DNA of 64,000 nucleotides from an uncultured Oleiharenicola sp. (GTDB lineage Bacteria; Verrucomicrobiota; Verrucomicrobiia; Opitutales; Opitutaceae). Shown here piece by piece: positions 30,504 through 40,778 of this stretch. Positions within the stretch are counted from its first letter, which is position 1. Every line of letters begins with the position of its first letter. The position numbers and the translations under genes were made by a program. The notes below the pieces were generated by a model. It was given only the letters and a program-made list of their open reading frames with translations. It did not search any database and was not told where the DNA came from. The stretch is taken from NCBI GenBank assembly GCA_964652485.1, contig CAZZDB010000001.1, positions 1,898 through 65,897 on the forward strand, read 5' to 3'.

Positions 30504-31724
30504 ATGAGTGCTGCCTTCAAACGCCTGATCATCTGCCTCGACGGAACCTGGAACAACCGGGACTCGAGCACCAACGTCTTTCACCTCTACAACCTGCTCG
30601 CCGATGTCGACGCCAACGGCGTGCGCCAGCTCCGCTACTATGATGAAGGCGTTGGCACCGGTATCCTCGACAAGATGACTGGCGGCATGTTCGGCATCGG
30701 CCTCGACGAAAACGTGATCCAGGCCTACGAGTGGCTCATCGAGCAATACGAGGACGGTGATGAAGTCTACGTCTTCGGCTTCAGCCGCGGCGCCTTCACC
30801 GCCCGCTCCCTCGGCGGCTTCCTCATGAAATGCGGCCTGCTCCGCCGCGGCGCACCGCTCACCGTCGAACAGCTCTGGGCCGGCTACCGCGTCCTCGGCC
30901 GCCGCCGCGATTCGAAGAACGCTCCCACCAAGAGCACCTGGCGCAAGATCATCGGCCAGGAATACCGGCCCTACCGTTCTATCGTCGACCTCAAGTGGGA
31001 CACCGGCCACGTCAAGGTCACCGACCCAAATCCGACCGAAAAACTCCTCATCGAATGGACCCGCCGCATCCCCATCCACTGCATCGGGGTTTTCGACACC
31101 GTCGGCGCCATGGGCCTCGACGCCCTCTGCATCCCCGGTCTGCACTCCGAGGAAGCAGCCTTCCACAACACCAACCCGAGCAAGCTCATCAAGCACGGCT
31201 ATCACGCGCTCGCCATCGATGAGCACCGCATCAATTTCCAGCCCGTCCTCTGGCGCCGTTATGTGCCGAAGGGCTCTGCCCCCGACGCCGATCCGTGGGA
31301 GACCTACGAACAGCGCTGGTTCACCGGTGCGCACGCCAACGTCGGTGGCGGCTACGGGGACAATCCCCTCTGTCTTTTCCCGCTCGACTGGATGATGCGC
31401 AGGACAGCCGCCCTCGGGCTCGCCTTCCTGCGGCAGCCGGCGCTGCCGGCCATTGCAGACTGCGTCCCGCTCCTTAAGAGCGCCGACGGCTATAAGCCGT
31501 TCCTCCGGGACTCCTATGCCGAATTCTTCGGCGGCTTCCTCAAGCTTATTACCCTCGGCCGGGCATACTATCGGACGATTGCCGGGCCGCCCCTCGTCAA
31601 CTCCCGCTACACTCTGCAAAGCCTGAACGAAGTGATCGACGAATCCGTCGGGCAGTTCATGGGTGCGGATCCCACCTATCGCCCGAAGAATCTCCCTAAA
31701 CCCACCCCCCAGGCCCAAACCTGA
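30504..31724 (+). CDS. DUF2235 / Tle1-like phospholipase-fold alpha/beta hydrolase
   Basis: RLIICLDGTWN, STNV, YYDEGVGT, VFGFSRGAFTAR, GVFDTVG, HALAIDEHR, WFTGAHANVGGG. Confidence 0.92.
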   Translation: MSAAFKRLIICLDGTWNNRDSSTNVFHLYNLLADVDANGVRQLRYYDEGVGTGILDKMTGGMFGIGLDENVIQAYEWLIEQYEDGDEVYVFGFSRGAFTARSLGGFLMKCGLLRRGAPLTVEQLWAGYRVLGRRRDSKNAPTKSTWRKIIGQEYRPYRSIVDLKWDTGHVKVTDPNPTEKLLIEWTRRIPIHCIGVFDTVGAMGLDALCIPGLHSEEAAFHNTNPSKLIKHGYHALAIDEHRINFQPVLWRRYVPKGSAPDADPWETYEQRWFTGAHANVGGGYGDNPLCLFPLDWMMRRTAALGLAFLRQPALPAIADCVPLLKSADGYKPFLRDSYAEFFGGFLKLITLGRAYYRTIAGPPLVNSRYTLQSLNEVIDESVGQFMGADPTYRPKNLPKPTPQAQT

Positions 31725-31750
31725 CGGCAGGGGAGTGTCTTTGTCCCACT

Positions 31751-32788
31751 ATGAAAACCCGTATCCTTCGTTTGACTGGGGCGTTGCTCGCGTCCTGTGC
31801 CTGGAGCCTCGCCGCCACCGCGCAAAACCAGGCTGACCCTTCTCCCGCGGCCATCGCTGCTGCCAAGAGCCAACCCTTTCCCGTTGGCGTCGCCCGCACT
31901 TCCGGACCGGACGGCTGGTGGGCCACCGAATGGACCTCCGACGTCGGCAGCGGCTTCGAGGGAGAGCCACTCAATGCTCCCGCTGATGACGTTCTGGTCC
32001 GCCACGGGTATTACACCGCCTCCTACGACATCCACCGCCGGATCACCATCTGGGCGGCACACTCCGTGGATAAGGCGACCGGCCTCACGGCAGACGGCGG
32101 CACCCGTCCCGACAAACCGCATGGGGATTTCAATCGGCCCTCCGTGTTCTCCGTCGAACCACTGGTAAAAGAAGCTGCCACCGCCGCCGGGCTCGGCATC
32201 GCGAAGCACGATGACTACACCGCCGCCGAAGATCCGCGGTATCCCGTCCCTTCCGGTCTCGATCCCAAAAAACTCTCCGGCAACGGGCGCTACATGCAAC
32301 GCGGTCACATCGTCCCCAACGACGCCATGAAGTGTGTCGGCGATGTTTTGACCGGCATCAAGGCGCAGAAGGAAACCTTCTCGCTCGCGAACATCGTTCC
32401 CGAGACAAACGATTTCAACGCCCCCACCTGGTTCAACCTCGAGATGGCCGTCCTCAAATGGGCCGAGCAATACGACCGCATCTGGGTCATCGGCGGCCCC
32501 ATCGTCACCTCGCACCCCTCCGTCGACATGGAAGGCATCGCCGCCCACGACGACCGTCACGTCGTCGTCCCAGACAGCATGTTCTACGTCATCCTCGTCA
32601 AGGACCACGGCCAGGCCCGCACTGCGGCGTTTATCATCCCGAACCGTCCCGAAAAGTTGGATTACCGGGACTACACTTGCTCGGTGGCGGACGTGGAGAA
32701 AGCTTGCGGGCTCAATTTCTTCCCGCAGCTGGGATATCACCCGCCGACGGAGCAGGAAAAGGGGTCGTGGATTTTTGGACCCAACTGA
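31751..32788 (+). CDS. Secreted DNA/RNA non-specific endonuclease (NucA/EndA-like)
   Basis: Signal peptide; MQRGHIVP, ETFSLANIVPE...FNAPTWFNLE, VIGGPI, VPDSMFYVI, VADVEKACGLNFFP. Confidence 0.92.
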   Translation: MKTRILRLTGALLASCAWSLAATAQNQADPSPAAIAAAKSQPFPVGVARTSGPDGWWATEWTSDVGSGFEGEPLNAPADDVLVRHGYYTASYDIHRRITIWAAHSVDKATGLTADGGTRPDKPHGDFNRPSVFSVEPLVKEAATAAGLGIAKHDDYTAAEDPRYPVPSGLDPKKLSGNGRYMQRGHIVPNDAMKCVGDVLTGIKAQKETFSLANIVPETNDFNAPTWFNLEMAVLKWAEQYDRIWVIGGPIVTSHPSVDMEGIAAHDDRHVVVPDSMFYVILVKDHGQARTAAFIIPNRPEKLDYRDYTCSVADVEKACGLNFFPQLGYHPPTEQEKGSWIFGPN

Positions 32789-32830
32789 TGCTCCATTCCT
32801 CTCTTCATCTCCTTGCGGGACCTTCGGGCA

Positions 32831-33395
32831 TCCCTTCTACGGCGAGATGGAGGTGAACCGGCTCTGCCCGCACTGCGAGGCACTCGAGCCGAAGTTTGGT
32901 GAGGGCAAAACCGCGATCCTCTTGAAGGGTCCGGGCCGCTCGCTGGTCCACGCTTTGAAATACCACCACGCGTTGCATGTGCTGGAGGACATCGCCGTCG
33001 TCATGGCCGCGGCGCCGGGCAATGTGGAATACCTGGACGGCGCGGTGCTGGTGCCGGTGCCGCTGCATCCACGGAAATTGCGGGAGCGGCGCTACAACCA
33101 GAGCCTTTTGCTGGCGGAGTGTTGCGCGCGGGCCGCGGCGGGCCGGGCGGTGGTCGGGGAATTGCTTTGCCGCGTGGTGGATACGGAGTCGCAGACTCAT
33201 TACGACCGGATGGCGCGGCAGGAGAACCTCAAAAATGCCTTTGCTTTGGCTCCGGGCGCCGCCATTAATCCGGCCCAACGTTACCTCCTCGTCGATGATG
33301 TTTTCACCACCGGTTCCACGCTCAACGCCTGCGCAGCTGTGCTCCGCCGTGCGGGGGCGCTGAACGTCGACGTCGTCACCTTCGGCCACGGTTGA
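32831..33395 (+). pseudogene. comF: ComF family protein, 3' fragment (rest of zinc ribbon + PRTase domain)
   Basis: HPFYGE...[37 protein letters not shown]. Confidence 0.9.
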
Positions 33396-33403
33396 TTTCC
33401 TGC

Positions 33404-34306
33404 ATGTCACATTTCGCGAAACCCAAGCTCTCCGCTTCCAAGAAGAAGAAGAACATCCCCGAGGGGCTGTGGACCAAGTGCCCGATCTCCGAGGAGATCG
33501 TCTTCACCAAGGACCTCGAGGCCAACCTCATGGTCGTGCCGAAAAGCGGCTACCACTTCCCGATCGGTTCGCGCGAGCGGATCAAGAGCATGGTGGACGA
33601 GGGCACCTTCGAGGAATTTGACGCCGGGGTTAAGTCGGCCGACCCATTGAAGTTCGTCGACTCGGCGGCCTATCCCGATCGCATCAAGCGCTATGAAAAA
33701 GAAAGTGGGCTGCCCGAGGCGGTCATTTGCGGCCTCGGCAAGATGGATGGCATCAGCGTGTCTCTGGCCGTGATGGATTTCCGCTTTTGCGGCGGCGCGA
33801 TGGGCGCGGCGGTCGGCGAGAAGATCACCCGCGCCATCGAGCGCGCGCTGAAGAAGAAAATCCCGTGCATCATCGTCAGCTCCTCCGGCGGGGCGCGCAT
33901 GCAGGAGGGCATCTTCAGCCTGATGCAGATGGCGAAGACCAGCGCGGCCTTGGGCCGGCTGGCGGAGGCCCGGCTGCCTTTCATCTCCATCCTGACCTAC
34001 CCGACGACCGGCGGCGTGACGGCGAGTTTCGCCACCCTCGGTGACGTGATCCTGGCTGAGCCGGGCGCGCTCATCGGGTTCGCCGGGGCCCGCGTCATCA
34101 AGGAGACGACCAAGCAGACGCTACCGCCCGGTTTCCAGACGGCGGAATTCCTCCTCAAGCACGGGCTCGTCGACCAGATTGTCAGCCGCACCGAGATGCG
34201 CGATCGCGTCATCAGCCTGCTCCAGGTGCTGCACCAACACAAATACCACGCCAGGAAGGTCCCGACTGCGGTGCCGTTTCCCGCGCCCACCGCGACGGCA
34301 GTCTAG
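33404..34306 (+). CDS. accD: Acetyl-CoA carboxylase carboxyltransferase beta subunit
   Basis: [48 protein letters not shown]. Confidence 0.97.
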   Translation: MSHFAKPKLSASKKKKNIPEGLWTKCPISEEIVFTKDLEANLMVVPKSGYHFPIGSRERIKSMVDEGTFEEFDAGVKSADPLKFVDSAAYPDRIKRYEKESGLPEAVICGLGKMDGISVSLAVMDFRFCGGAMGAAVGEKITRAIERALKKKIPCIIVSSSGGARMQEGIFSLMQMAKTSAALGRLAEARLPFISILTYPTTGGVTASFATLGDVILAEPGALIGFAGARVIKETTKQTLPPGFQTAEFLLKHGLVDQIVSRTEMRDRVISLLQVLHQHKYHARKVPTAVPFPAPTATAV

Positions 34307-34507
34307 GCAGCCACCGACCTCCCGCGCGGAGTGGCCGGGCAGAGGAACCCCAGGTTCTTTGCCGCGAAACGTCGCCAGATGGATGTTTCAAAGCGATTGT
34401 GAGGCCCGGGCCCATCCGCGCACGAAGCAGGCATTCGGAGAGGAAAACTCTTTGTGTTTTTTGGCGGCTGAATACTTCATGGTCTTTCCTCTTGTCCGCA
34501 CCCACCC

Positions 34508-35818
34508 GTGAAACCCGTGGCTAACAACCTTTCCGACTACGCGGCAGTGACCGAGTATCTCTACGCGCTCAAGGCGGGCGGCGTGAAGCTTGGCATAGAC
34601 CGCATGCGGCGGCTCTCCGCGGCGCTGGGCCATCCTGAACAAAGCTATCCGGTGGTGCATGTCGCCGGCACGAACGGCAAGGGCTCCGTCTCGGCCATGC
34701 TCGACGCTGCCTTTCACGCCGCCGGCTGGCGAACCGGCCTGTACACTTCGCCGCACCTAGTGAAACTGGGCGAACGCGTGCAGGTGGACCGGCGGCTGCT
34801 GAGCGAGGCGGAGATCACGGCCTTCGCGGCCGAGCTGCGGCCGGTGGCGGACCAGATCGCCGCGCGCTCCGCGGATGAGCACCCGACGTTTTTTGAGTTC
34901 ATGACGGCGATGGCCTTCCTGCAATTCCAGCGGAAGCAGGTGGACGTTGCCATCGTCGAGGTCGGCCTCGGCGGCCGGCTGGATGCGACCAATGTCGTGC
35001 TACCGGAGATCTCCGTCATCACGTCGATCGGACTCGATCACTGTGCGGAACTGGGCGGCACGGTGGAGCAGATCGCCCGCGAAAAGGCCGGCATCATCAA
35101 GCCTGGCCGGCCGGTGGTGATGGGCCGGCTGCCGCCCGGAGCAGAGCGGGTGGTCCGCGAGGTGGCGGCGGAACAAGGCGCGCCGGTTCATTCGGTGCGG
35201 GAGATCTTGGGCGAGGCGATCATGGGTTATCCGTCGACGAACCTGGCCGGTGACTACCAGCGTTGGAACGCCGCTACCGCCACCCTGGTGGCGCAGTTGA
35301 TGCCCGCGCGATGGAAACTGGACGAGCCAACGATCGCGCGCGGGTTGCACCAGGTGAACTGGCCGGGCCGCTGGCAGCGTACGACCCTGGGTGGCCGGCC
35401 GCTGATCCTCGACGCCTCGCACAATCCCGAGGGAGCGCAGGTGTTGGAGCAGAATTTGCGCGAACTGGTCGCCGCCACCGGTCGCAATCCTGTCATCGTG
35501 ACCGGTGCCCTGGGCGAATTCCGCGCCCGGGCGCTGCTCGAGGTCGTGCTGCGGCATGCGGGCGAGGTTCACCTCGTCACGCCGCGCCAGGCCCGCGCGT
35601 GCAGCTACGAGGAGTTGCTGGCGCTGGTACCTGAGGCGCGACGGCACGTCGTGCGGCGCGGCACGCTGGAGGAGATATTCCCGGATGCCCGCACCTGTGC
35701 GGTCGGCGGGGCGGACGACACGGTCGTGGTGACGGGCTCGATCTACGTGCTCGGCGAGGTGCTGGAACGCATCGAACCGGGACGCGGCGCCGGCGAGGGC
35801 CGCTTGCAGGACTTCTAA
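34508..35818 (+). CDS. folC: Folylpolyglutamate/dihydrofolate synthase
   Basis: HVAGTNGKGS, YTSPHL, EVGLGGRLDATN, WPGRWQ, DASHNPEG. Confidence 0.96.
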   Translation: MKPVANNLSDYAAVTEYLYALKAGGVKLGIDRMRRLSAALGHPEQSYPVVHVAGTNGKGSVSAMLDAAFHAAGWRTGLYTSPHLVKLGERVQVDRRLLSEAEITAFAAELRPVADQIAARSADEHPTFFEFMTAMAFLQFQRKQVDVAIVEVGLGGRLDATNVVLPEISVITSIGLDHCAELGGTVEQIAREKAGIIKPGRPVVMGRLPPGAERVVREVAAEQGAPVHSVREILGEAIMGYPSTNLAGDYQRWNAATATLVAQLMPARWKLDEPTIARGLHQVNWPGRWQRTTLGGRPLILDASHNPEGAQVLEQNLRELVAATGRNPVIVTGALGEFRARALLEVVLRHAGEVHLVTPRQARACSYEELLALVPEARRHVVRRGTLEEIFPDARTCAVGGADDTVVVTGSIYVLGEVLERIEPGRGAGEGRLQDF

Positions 35819-35893
35819 ACTAAGGAGCGAGGGTCTGGAAAACGTCACTCACTGTGCGCTTGTCTCCGCCGCGCGCGGCGGCATCGTGAGGTC

Positions 35894-36895
35894 GTGAAAT
35901 CGGCCCGGTCATTTTCGAAGGCTTTCCGGGGCAAGCGTGTCCTTGTGACCGGCGGGCTGGGTTTCGTCGGATCCAACCTGGCGCGGGCGCTCGTGCGTCA
36001 CGGCGCGAGGGTCACCATCCTCGACAGCCTCATCCCGGAATACGGTGGCAACCGCTACAACCTCCATGGGATGGAGCGCAAGCTGAGCCTCAACCTCTCC
36101 GACCTGCGCGACCGGCACAGCCTGCCGGAATTCCTGCGCGAACAGGATTTCATGTTCAACCTGGCCGGGCAGACCAGCCACATGGATTCGATGACCGATC
36201 CGGAGACGGACCTCGAGATCAACTGCCGCGCACAGCTGACGCTGCTCGAGGCCTGCCGGAAGCACAACCCCGGCCTCCGAATCGTGTTCGCCAGCACGCG
36301 CCAGATCTACGGCCGCCCGGACTACCTGCCGGTGGATGAAAAGCACCCGCTGCGGCCGATCGACGTGAACGGCATCAACAAGCTCGCCGGCGAGGAATAC
36401 CACCTCCTTTACAGCGAGGTCTACGGGGTGCGCAGCACGGTGCTCCGCCTGACCAACACGATCGGCCCGCGCATGCGGGTGAAGGACGCCCGCCAGACCT
36501 TCGTCGGCGTCTGGATTCGCGATGTGCTGCAGGGCAAACCCATCGAGGTGTGGGGCGGCCAGCAGTTGCGCGACTTCACCTATGTGGACGATGCGGTCGA
36601 GGCCCTGCTGCTTGCCGCGGCTTCCCCTCAGGCGGTCGGCCGGGTCTTCAACCTGGGCGGCGTGGGCCTCGTCTCGTTGCGCGAGCTCGCGGAGACGCTC
36701 GTCGAAGTCGCGCGACAGGGCAGCTTCCGGGTCCGCGCGTTCCCGGCGGGCCGCAAGAAGATCGACATCGGCGACTACTATTCCGACTGCCGGCTGATCG
36801 GACAGGTGCTCGGCTGGGAGCCGGTGACGACGATCCGGCAGGCACTCTATCGCACACTGGCGTATTACCGCAAGGAGCTCCCGCATTACCTGTAG
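35894..36895 (+). CDS. NAD-dependent nucleotide-sugar epimerase/dehydratase
   Basis: [33 protein letters not shown]. Confidence 0.92.
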   Translation: MKSARSFSKAFRGKRVLVTGGLGFVGSNLARALVRHGARVTILDSLIPEYGGNRYNLHGMERKLSLNLSDLRDRHSLPEFLREQDFMFNLAGQTSHMDSMTDPETDLEINCRAQLTLLEACRKHNPGLRIVFASTRQIYGRPDYLPVDEKHPLRPIDVNGINKLAGEEYHLLYSEVYGVRSTVLRLTNTIGPRMRVKDARQTFVGVWIRDVLQGKPIEVWGGQQLRDFTYVDDAVEALLLAAASPQAVGRVFNLGGVGLVSLRELAETLVEVARQGSFRVRAFPAGRKKIDIGDYYSDCRLIGQVLGWEPVTTIRQALYRTLAYYRKELPHYL

Positions 36896-37068
36896 CCCGG
36901 CTGTTGCGGGCCCCGAGGTGGCCGGGAAATATCCGGGCGTGCCCCGGCAAAATGCCGCCGGCCGACGGGCGCCTTGAAAATGCCGAAGGTCTTCCGGATT
37001 CCGGTGGCTCGGCATGGCCAAAATTATCTGGTAGCCCGGCGGCCAAGCCAGTTCTCTCCATCACCCCT

Positions 37069-38187
37069 GTGAATAATCCCAGAATTCTCCCCGCCGACCC
37101 CAAGTCGGGCTACCTTGCCGCCCAGACCGAGATCGACGCCGCCGTCGCGCGCGTGCTCCAGAGCGGCTCCTACATCCTCGGTCCCGAACTGGAGGCTTTT
37201 GAAAAGGAATTCGCCGCCTGGCTCGGCACCGCCGGCACCGTTGGCGTGGCCAACGGCACCGACGCCATCGAACTGGCCCTCCACGCCGCCGGCATCGGCC
37301 CCGGCGACAAGGTCGTCACCGTGGCCAACACGGTCACGGCCACGGTCTCCGCCATCGGGGCGACCGGAGCCAGGCCCGTCTTTGTCGACATCGAGCCGGG
37401 CACGATGCTCATGGATCTCACGGCGCTGGAGACGATGCTCACCGAGGTGCGCGACCCGAAGATCAAGGCCGTGGTTTCGGTGCATCTCTACGGCCTGCCG
37501 GTGGACATGCCGCGGCTGATGGCGCTGGCGACCCGGCACAACCTGATCGTGGTGGAGGACTGCGCCCAGGCGCACGGCGCCACAGTCGGAGGCAAGAAAG
37601 CCGGTACGTGGGGGACGCTGGCCGGCTTCAGTTTCTATCCGACGAAGAATCTCGGCGCCTTCGGTGACGCCGGGGCGGTGGCCGGCAACGACCCCGTCCT
37701 GCTGGACAAGGTGCGGTTGCTCCGGCAATACGGCTGGCGGAAACGCTACGTGAGCGACATGCCCGGCCGCAACAGCCGGCTCGACGAGATTCAGGCGGCA
37801 ATCCTGCGCGTCAAGCTGATCCGGTTGAAGCCGGAGAACCGCCAGCGCGACAACCTCGCCGAGGTGTATCTCAGCGGCTTGAAGGGCACGCCGCTCATCC
37901 TCCCGGTCGTGGCCGAGGGCCGCACGCATTGCTGGCACCAGTTTGTCGTCCGCACGCCGCGCCGCGAGGAGCTCAAGGCCCACCTGGAAAAGGTGAACAT
38001 CCTGTGCGGCATCCTCTATCCTGTACCGATCCACCGGCAGCCGGCCTATCACGACGCCACGCTCTCCCTGCCGCACACCGAGCAGGCCTGCGCCGAGGCA
38101 CTGTCGCTGCCTCTGCATCCGGGCCTGGGCAGCGAGGAGGTAGCCCGCGTCGTCCGCGAGGTGGCTGGGTTCTTCAGCGGAACTTAA
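37069..38187 (+). CDS. DegT/DnrJ/EryC1/StrS aminotransferase
   Basis: [44 protein letters not shown]; probable GTG start at 37069. Confidence 0.93.
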   Translation: MNNPRILPADPKSGYLAAQTEIDAAVARVLQSGSYILGPELEAFEKEFAAWLGTAGTVGVANGTDAIELALHAAGIGPGDKVVTVANTVTATVSAIGATGARPVFVDIEPGTMLMDLTALETMLTEVRDPKIKAVVSVHLYGLPVDMPRLMALATRHNLIVVEDCAQAHGATVGGKKAGTWGTLAGFSFYPTKNLGAFGDAGAVAGNDPVLLDKVRLLRQYGWRKRYVSDMPGRNSRLDEIQAAILRVKLIRLKPENRQRDNLAEVYLSGLKGTPLILPVVAEGRTHCWHQFVVRTPRREELKAHLEKVNILCGILYPVPIHRQPAYHDATLSLPHTEQACAEALSLPLHPGLGSEEVARVVREVAGFFSGT

Positions 38188-38230
38188 AGGGAGTTCCCGC
38201 GGCCTGAGGGCCCTCGGGACTCCTGTGTTC

Positions 38231-38293
38231 GGCCAACGCCTACGGTGAGCGTGGCGGGCTTGGCCGGACATTGGCACTGGTATCTGGTCAGGC
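38231..38293 (-). other. Degenerate integron attC-like site overlapping the TfoX-N gene stop
   Basis: GCCTGAC (R''-like, contains the stop) CAGATACCAGTGCCAATG...GCTCACCGTAGGC GTTGGCC (R'-like); 63 bp. Confidence 0.45.
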
Positions 38294-38629
38294 GCGCTTT
38301 TTCTTCTCCCTCTTTGTCTTCTCCGGAACAGGGATCTCGCTGGCGGTGGCGATCGCCACCTTGACCAGCCAGTCGCGCTTGCTCCATCTCTCCTTCGGCA
38401 CGAGGAAACAGGGCTTCGCGCCAGGATACGGTGCTGCTTCCACGAGTTCTGAAAACAATTCACGACCCCGTTTCGTCGGCTTGAAGAGCAACTCGTCGTC
38501 GCAGATGAAGCCGATCATGCGACCCGACAGGAAGAGCCCGTACTCGCCGAACATTTTCTTCGCCGAGATGTTCCCGGAACCCGCGAGACGCGTGAGAATT
38601 GAATCTACGGTGGATTGCTTGCTAGCCAT
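38288..38629 (-). CDS. TfoX/Sxy N-terminal domain protein
   Basis: ISAKKMFGEYGL...ICDDELLFKPT...APYPGAKP. Confidence 0.88.
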   Translation of the reverse strand: MASKQSTVDSILTRLAGSGNISAKKMFGEYGLFLSGRMIGFICDDELLFKPTKRGRELFSELVEAAPYPGAKPCFLVPKERWSKRDWLVKVAIATASEIPVPEKTKREKKKRA

Positions 38630-38836
38630 GGGACAACGCGAACGCCATTTGCCGCAGGTATGCCCATCAGCGTTAGTCGGTCCAAGCCTAAAGCCGCGCT
38701 GAGTTTGCACTCATGGTCTGGAAAATGCGCCAAACCAGCCGGGCTCAAGTGCTGACTATTTGGGCTTGGCTCTATGAGGGCGCCTGGGCTCGGCCTAAAG
38801 CCGAACCTGGGCCGACCGCGGGTCACCGCTCAGTTT

Positions 38837-39304
38837 TCACGCGAGACGGGGCTCGCACACCACTTCGCTCCGCACGGAGTTGGCGATAAAGCATTGGTCG
38901 TGGGCGGCGTGGTGCAAAGCCTGCAGTTGAGCCAGGTCGGGACTGGTCGCTCCGCTGAACGTCACCAGCGGGCGGAGCGTCACTCGCGTCATGGCAAGTT
39001 TGCCTGCGGCATTCTTCTCCATGACCCCCTCAACCTGGTCCTCGTAGCGGTCGACGATGAATCTCCGCTGTGCCGCGACGGAGAGGAACCAGAGCATGTG
39101 ACAGCTGGAAAGGCTGGCGACAAACGCCTCCTCCGGATCGACAGCGTCCGGGCGCGACATGGGCGGGGGGACGACGCTCGGAGAGGAGGACGCCGGCACC
39201 TCGGTACCGCCGTCAAAGCACCAGACGTGGGCGCGGCTGTAACGGTTGTCGAGGAACGGCTGGGCGTTGCGTTTCCAGCGGATGGTGGCGGTGTAACGTG
39301 ACAT
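38837..39304 (-). CDS. OsmC family peroxiredoxin-like protein
   Basis: YSRAHVW, DPEEAFVASLSSCHMLWFL, AHDQCFIANSV. Confidence 0.92.
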   Translation of the reverse strand: MSRYTATIRWKRNAQPFLDNRYSRAHVWCFDGGTEVPASSSPSVVPPPMSRPDAVDPEEAFVASLSSCHMLWFLSVAAQRRFIVDRYEDQVEGVMEKNAAGKLAMTRVTLRPLVTFSGATSPDLAQLQALHHAAHDQCFIANSVRSEVVCEPRLA

Positions 39305-39319
39305 GGTTGGAAATCCCGA

Positions 39320-39829
39320 TCAGAAATTTGTCGCCAACAACCGGATCGGCGGGGCGCTGGGGGACAGTTGGACCATCTTCTCGAAGCGCAGCCCGAGCTT
39401 CTCGAGCACGCGGATCGAACCGGCATTGCCGGATTGGGTCACGGCGACGATGCGTTTGAGTCCCAGGCGGTCGCGTCCGTACTCCAGTGTGGCGGTGGCG
39501 CTTTCAACGCCATAGCCCTTCCCCTGGAACCGTTGCAGGAAGGCAAAGCCCAAGTCGACATCCTCGAGGGTTTCGCGCTTAAGCAGACCGCAGATGCCGA
39601 CGGGCTCCTCCTCAGCCTTGGGCTGCACGAGCCAGAGGCCGAAGCCGTGCTTCGCATAACTCGCGGCCGGCCCATTCTGGATATATGCCCGGGCATCGTC
39701 GAGGTTGCGGACGCCCCGGTCGCCGATGAACTGCAGCCAGGTGGGGTCGTTCAGCAGTTCCAGGATGAAGGCGGCGTCGCCGGCGTCGAGCTGCCGCAGG
39801 ATAAGCCGGGGTGTTTCCAGAACATTCAT
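39320..39829 (-). CDS. RimJ/RimL-type GNAT N-acetyltransferase
   Basis: LETPRLILR, GICGLLKR, QGKGYG, NAGSIRVLEKLG. Confidence 0.92.
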   Translation of the reverse strand: MNVLETPRLILRQLDAGDAAFILELLNDPTWLQFIGDRGVRNLDDARAYIQNGPAASYAKHGFGLWLVQPKAEEEPVGICGLLKRETLEDVDLGFAFLQRFQGKGYGVESATATLEYGRDRLGLKRIVAVTQSGNAGSIRVLEKLGLRFEKMVQLSPSAPPIRLLATNF

Positions 39830-39854
39830 CGAGACGTTTGGGGCCGGCCAAGGT

Positions 39855-40067
39855 TCAGGCGTGGGCGATCCGGTCGGCCTCCACCTGGTAGATACTGATC
39901 AACTCCGGTGTGCCCGAAACTTCAGGGAACGTGCGCGTCACCTTCTCGTGATCGACGACCATAGGGCCCATGCCCACGTGATTGAGCAGGGCGTCGACGT
40001 CGCGGGCATTGAACGCCCTCGGCTTTCGTTGCACGACTGCGGCGGCATCGCGGGAGAGTGGGGGCAT
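39855..40067 (-). pseudogene. SnoaL/NTF2-like gene remnant with internal deletion
   Basis: AVVQR..AFNARDVDALL joined directly to LNHVGMGPMVVDHEKVTR...IYQVEADRIAHA*; the central part is missing. Confidence 0.65.
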
Positions 40068-40175
40068 GGATTTACGCTAGAGGGTCTACCGTCGGTGCAC
40101 AGAAGAATATCTCCAGCCTACCCGTCACACCTTGCGTGGGGAATTCGCGGCAACTGCGACGGGCGCGGCCTCGCT

Positions 40176-40778
40176 TCAATAGCGGTCCATGACCCCATAC
40201 ATGGACCAGAGCAGCCCGAAGGTGAGCAGGCCACAGCCGGCGATGCCGAAGACGAGGCTGATGGTGTTGGGCGAGATCAGGGCGCCACCGAGAAAGATCG
40301 CATTGCCGGCGACCAGCATTAACCAGAAGTCCCGGCCGCGCTTGGAGATTTTGAAACGGTTCTCGGGGACCAAATCGCAGCCGGACTCGATCTCGGTCTG
40401 GCGGATGTCGTCGAGCATGTCGTAGACGTCGACCTTGGGGGTATCCGCGGCCTTGGCGTTCAAGTCGTCGAACTTGGCCTCGGTTGTGCGGTAACGCTTG
40501 CGGTTGAGGAAAGCCGGATCGTTCTCGCGGCCCGGTGGCGCCCATTCATGCGGGGCCTGGCTGCCCGAGCCAAACTGGGCCTTGGGGAACAGGACGCGGC
40601 TCAGCTCGCTGTCCTTGATGGGCGTGAATACGTTGGTCCCCTCGCGACAGATCTGGGTCTCGGCGGTGACCTTTTGCAGGTAGACGAGGGATTCGAGTCC
40701 CTCGACGGTGTAGGGTCCGCCAAGGCGGTCGTCGATCTTGGTGTGGTAGCGGACGGACGGGTCTTCGCTCAGTTTCAT
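40176..40778 (-). CDS. Hypothetical membrane protein (GYF_2-like N-terminus, two C-terminal TM helices)
   Basis: GPYTVEGLESL...TQICREG N-terminal pattern; hydrophobic C-terminal pair. Confidence 0.6.
   Translation of the reverse strand: MKLSEDPSVRYHTKIDDRLGGPYTVEGLESLVYLQKVTAETQICREGTNVFTPIKDSELSRVLFPKAQFGSGSQAPHEWAPPGRENDPAFLNRKRYRTTEAKFDDLNAKAADTPKVDVYDMLDDIRQTEIESGCDLVPENRFKISKRGRDFWLMLVAGNAIFLGGALISPNTISLVFGIAGCGLLTFGLLWSMYGVMDRY

Larger units (their letters stand above)
29573..32830. mobile_element. ~3.26 kb insertion inside comF with no integrase or transposase
   Basis: comF halves rejoin in frame (CTTCG|HPFYGE); imperfect 18-bp direct repeat TTGCACGACCTGCGGTCA (29555-29572) / TTGCGGGACCTTCGGGCA (32813-32830), 14/18 identical. 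Confidence 0.8.

Noticed and set aside
29573-32830. Insert as a group I/II intron, intein or DGR
   Set aside because: No reverse transcriptase, homing endonuclease, group II domain V or TR/VR pair; the length being a multiple of 3 is uninformative because it contains stops.
36550-37068. N-terminal extension of the DegT ORF
   Set aside because: Overlaps the epimerase gene; family similarity begins at about 37069. The same applies to the extended recN (50341), pyrR (44089) and tetR (50714) starts.
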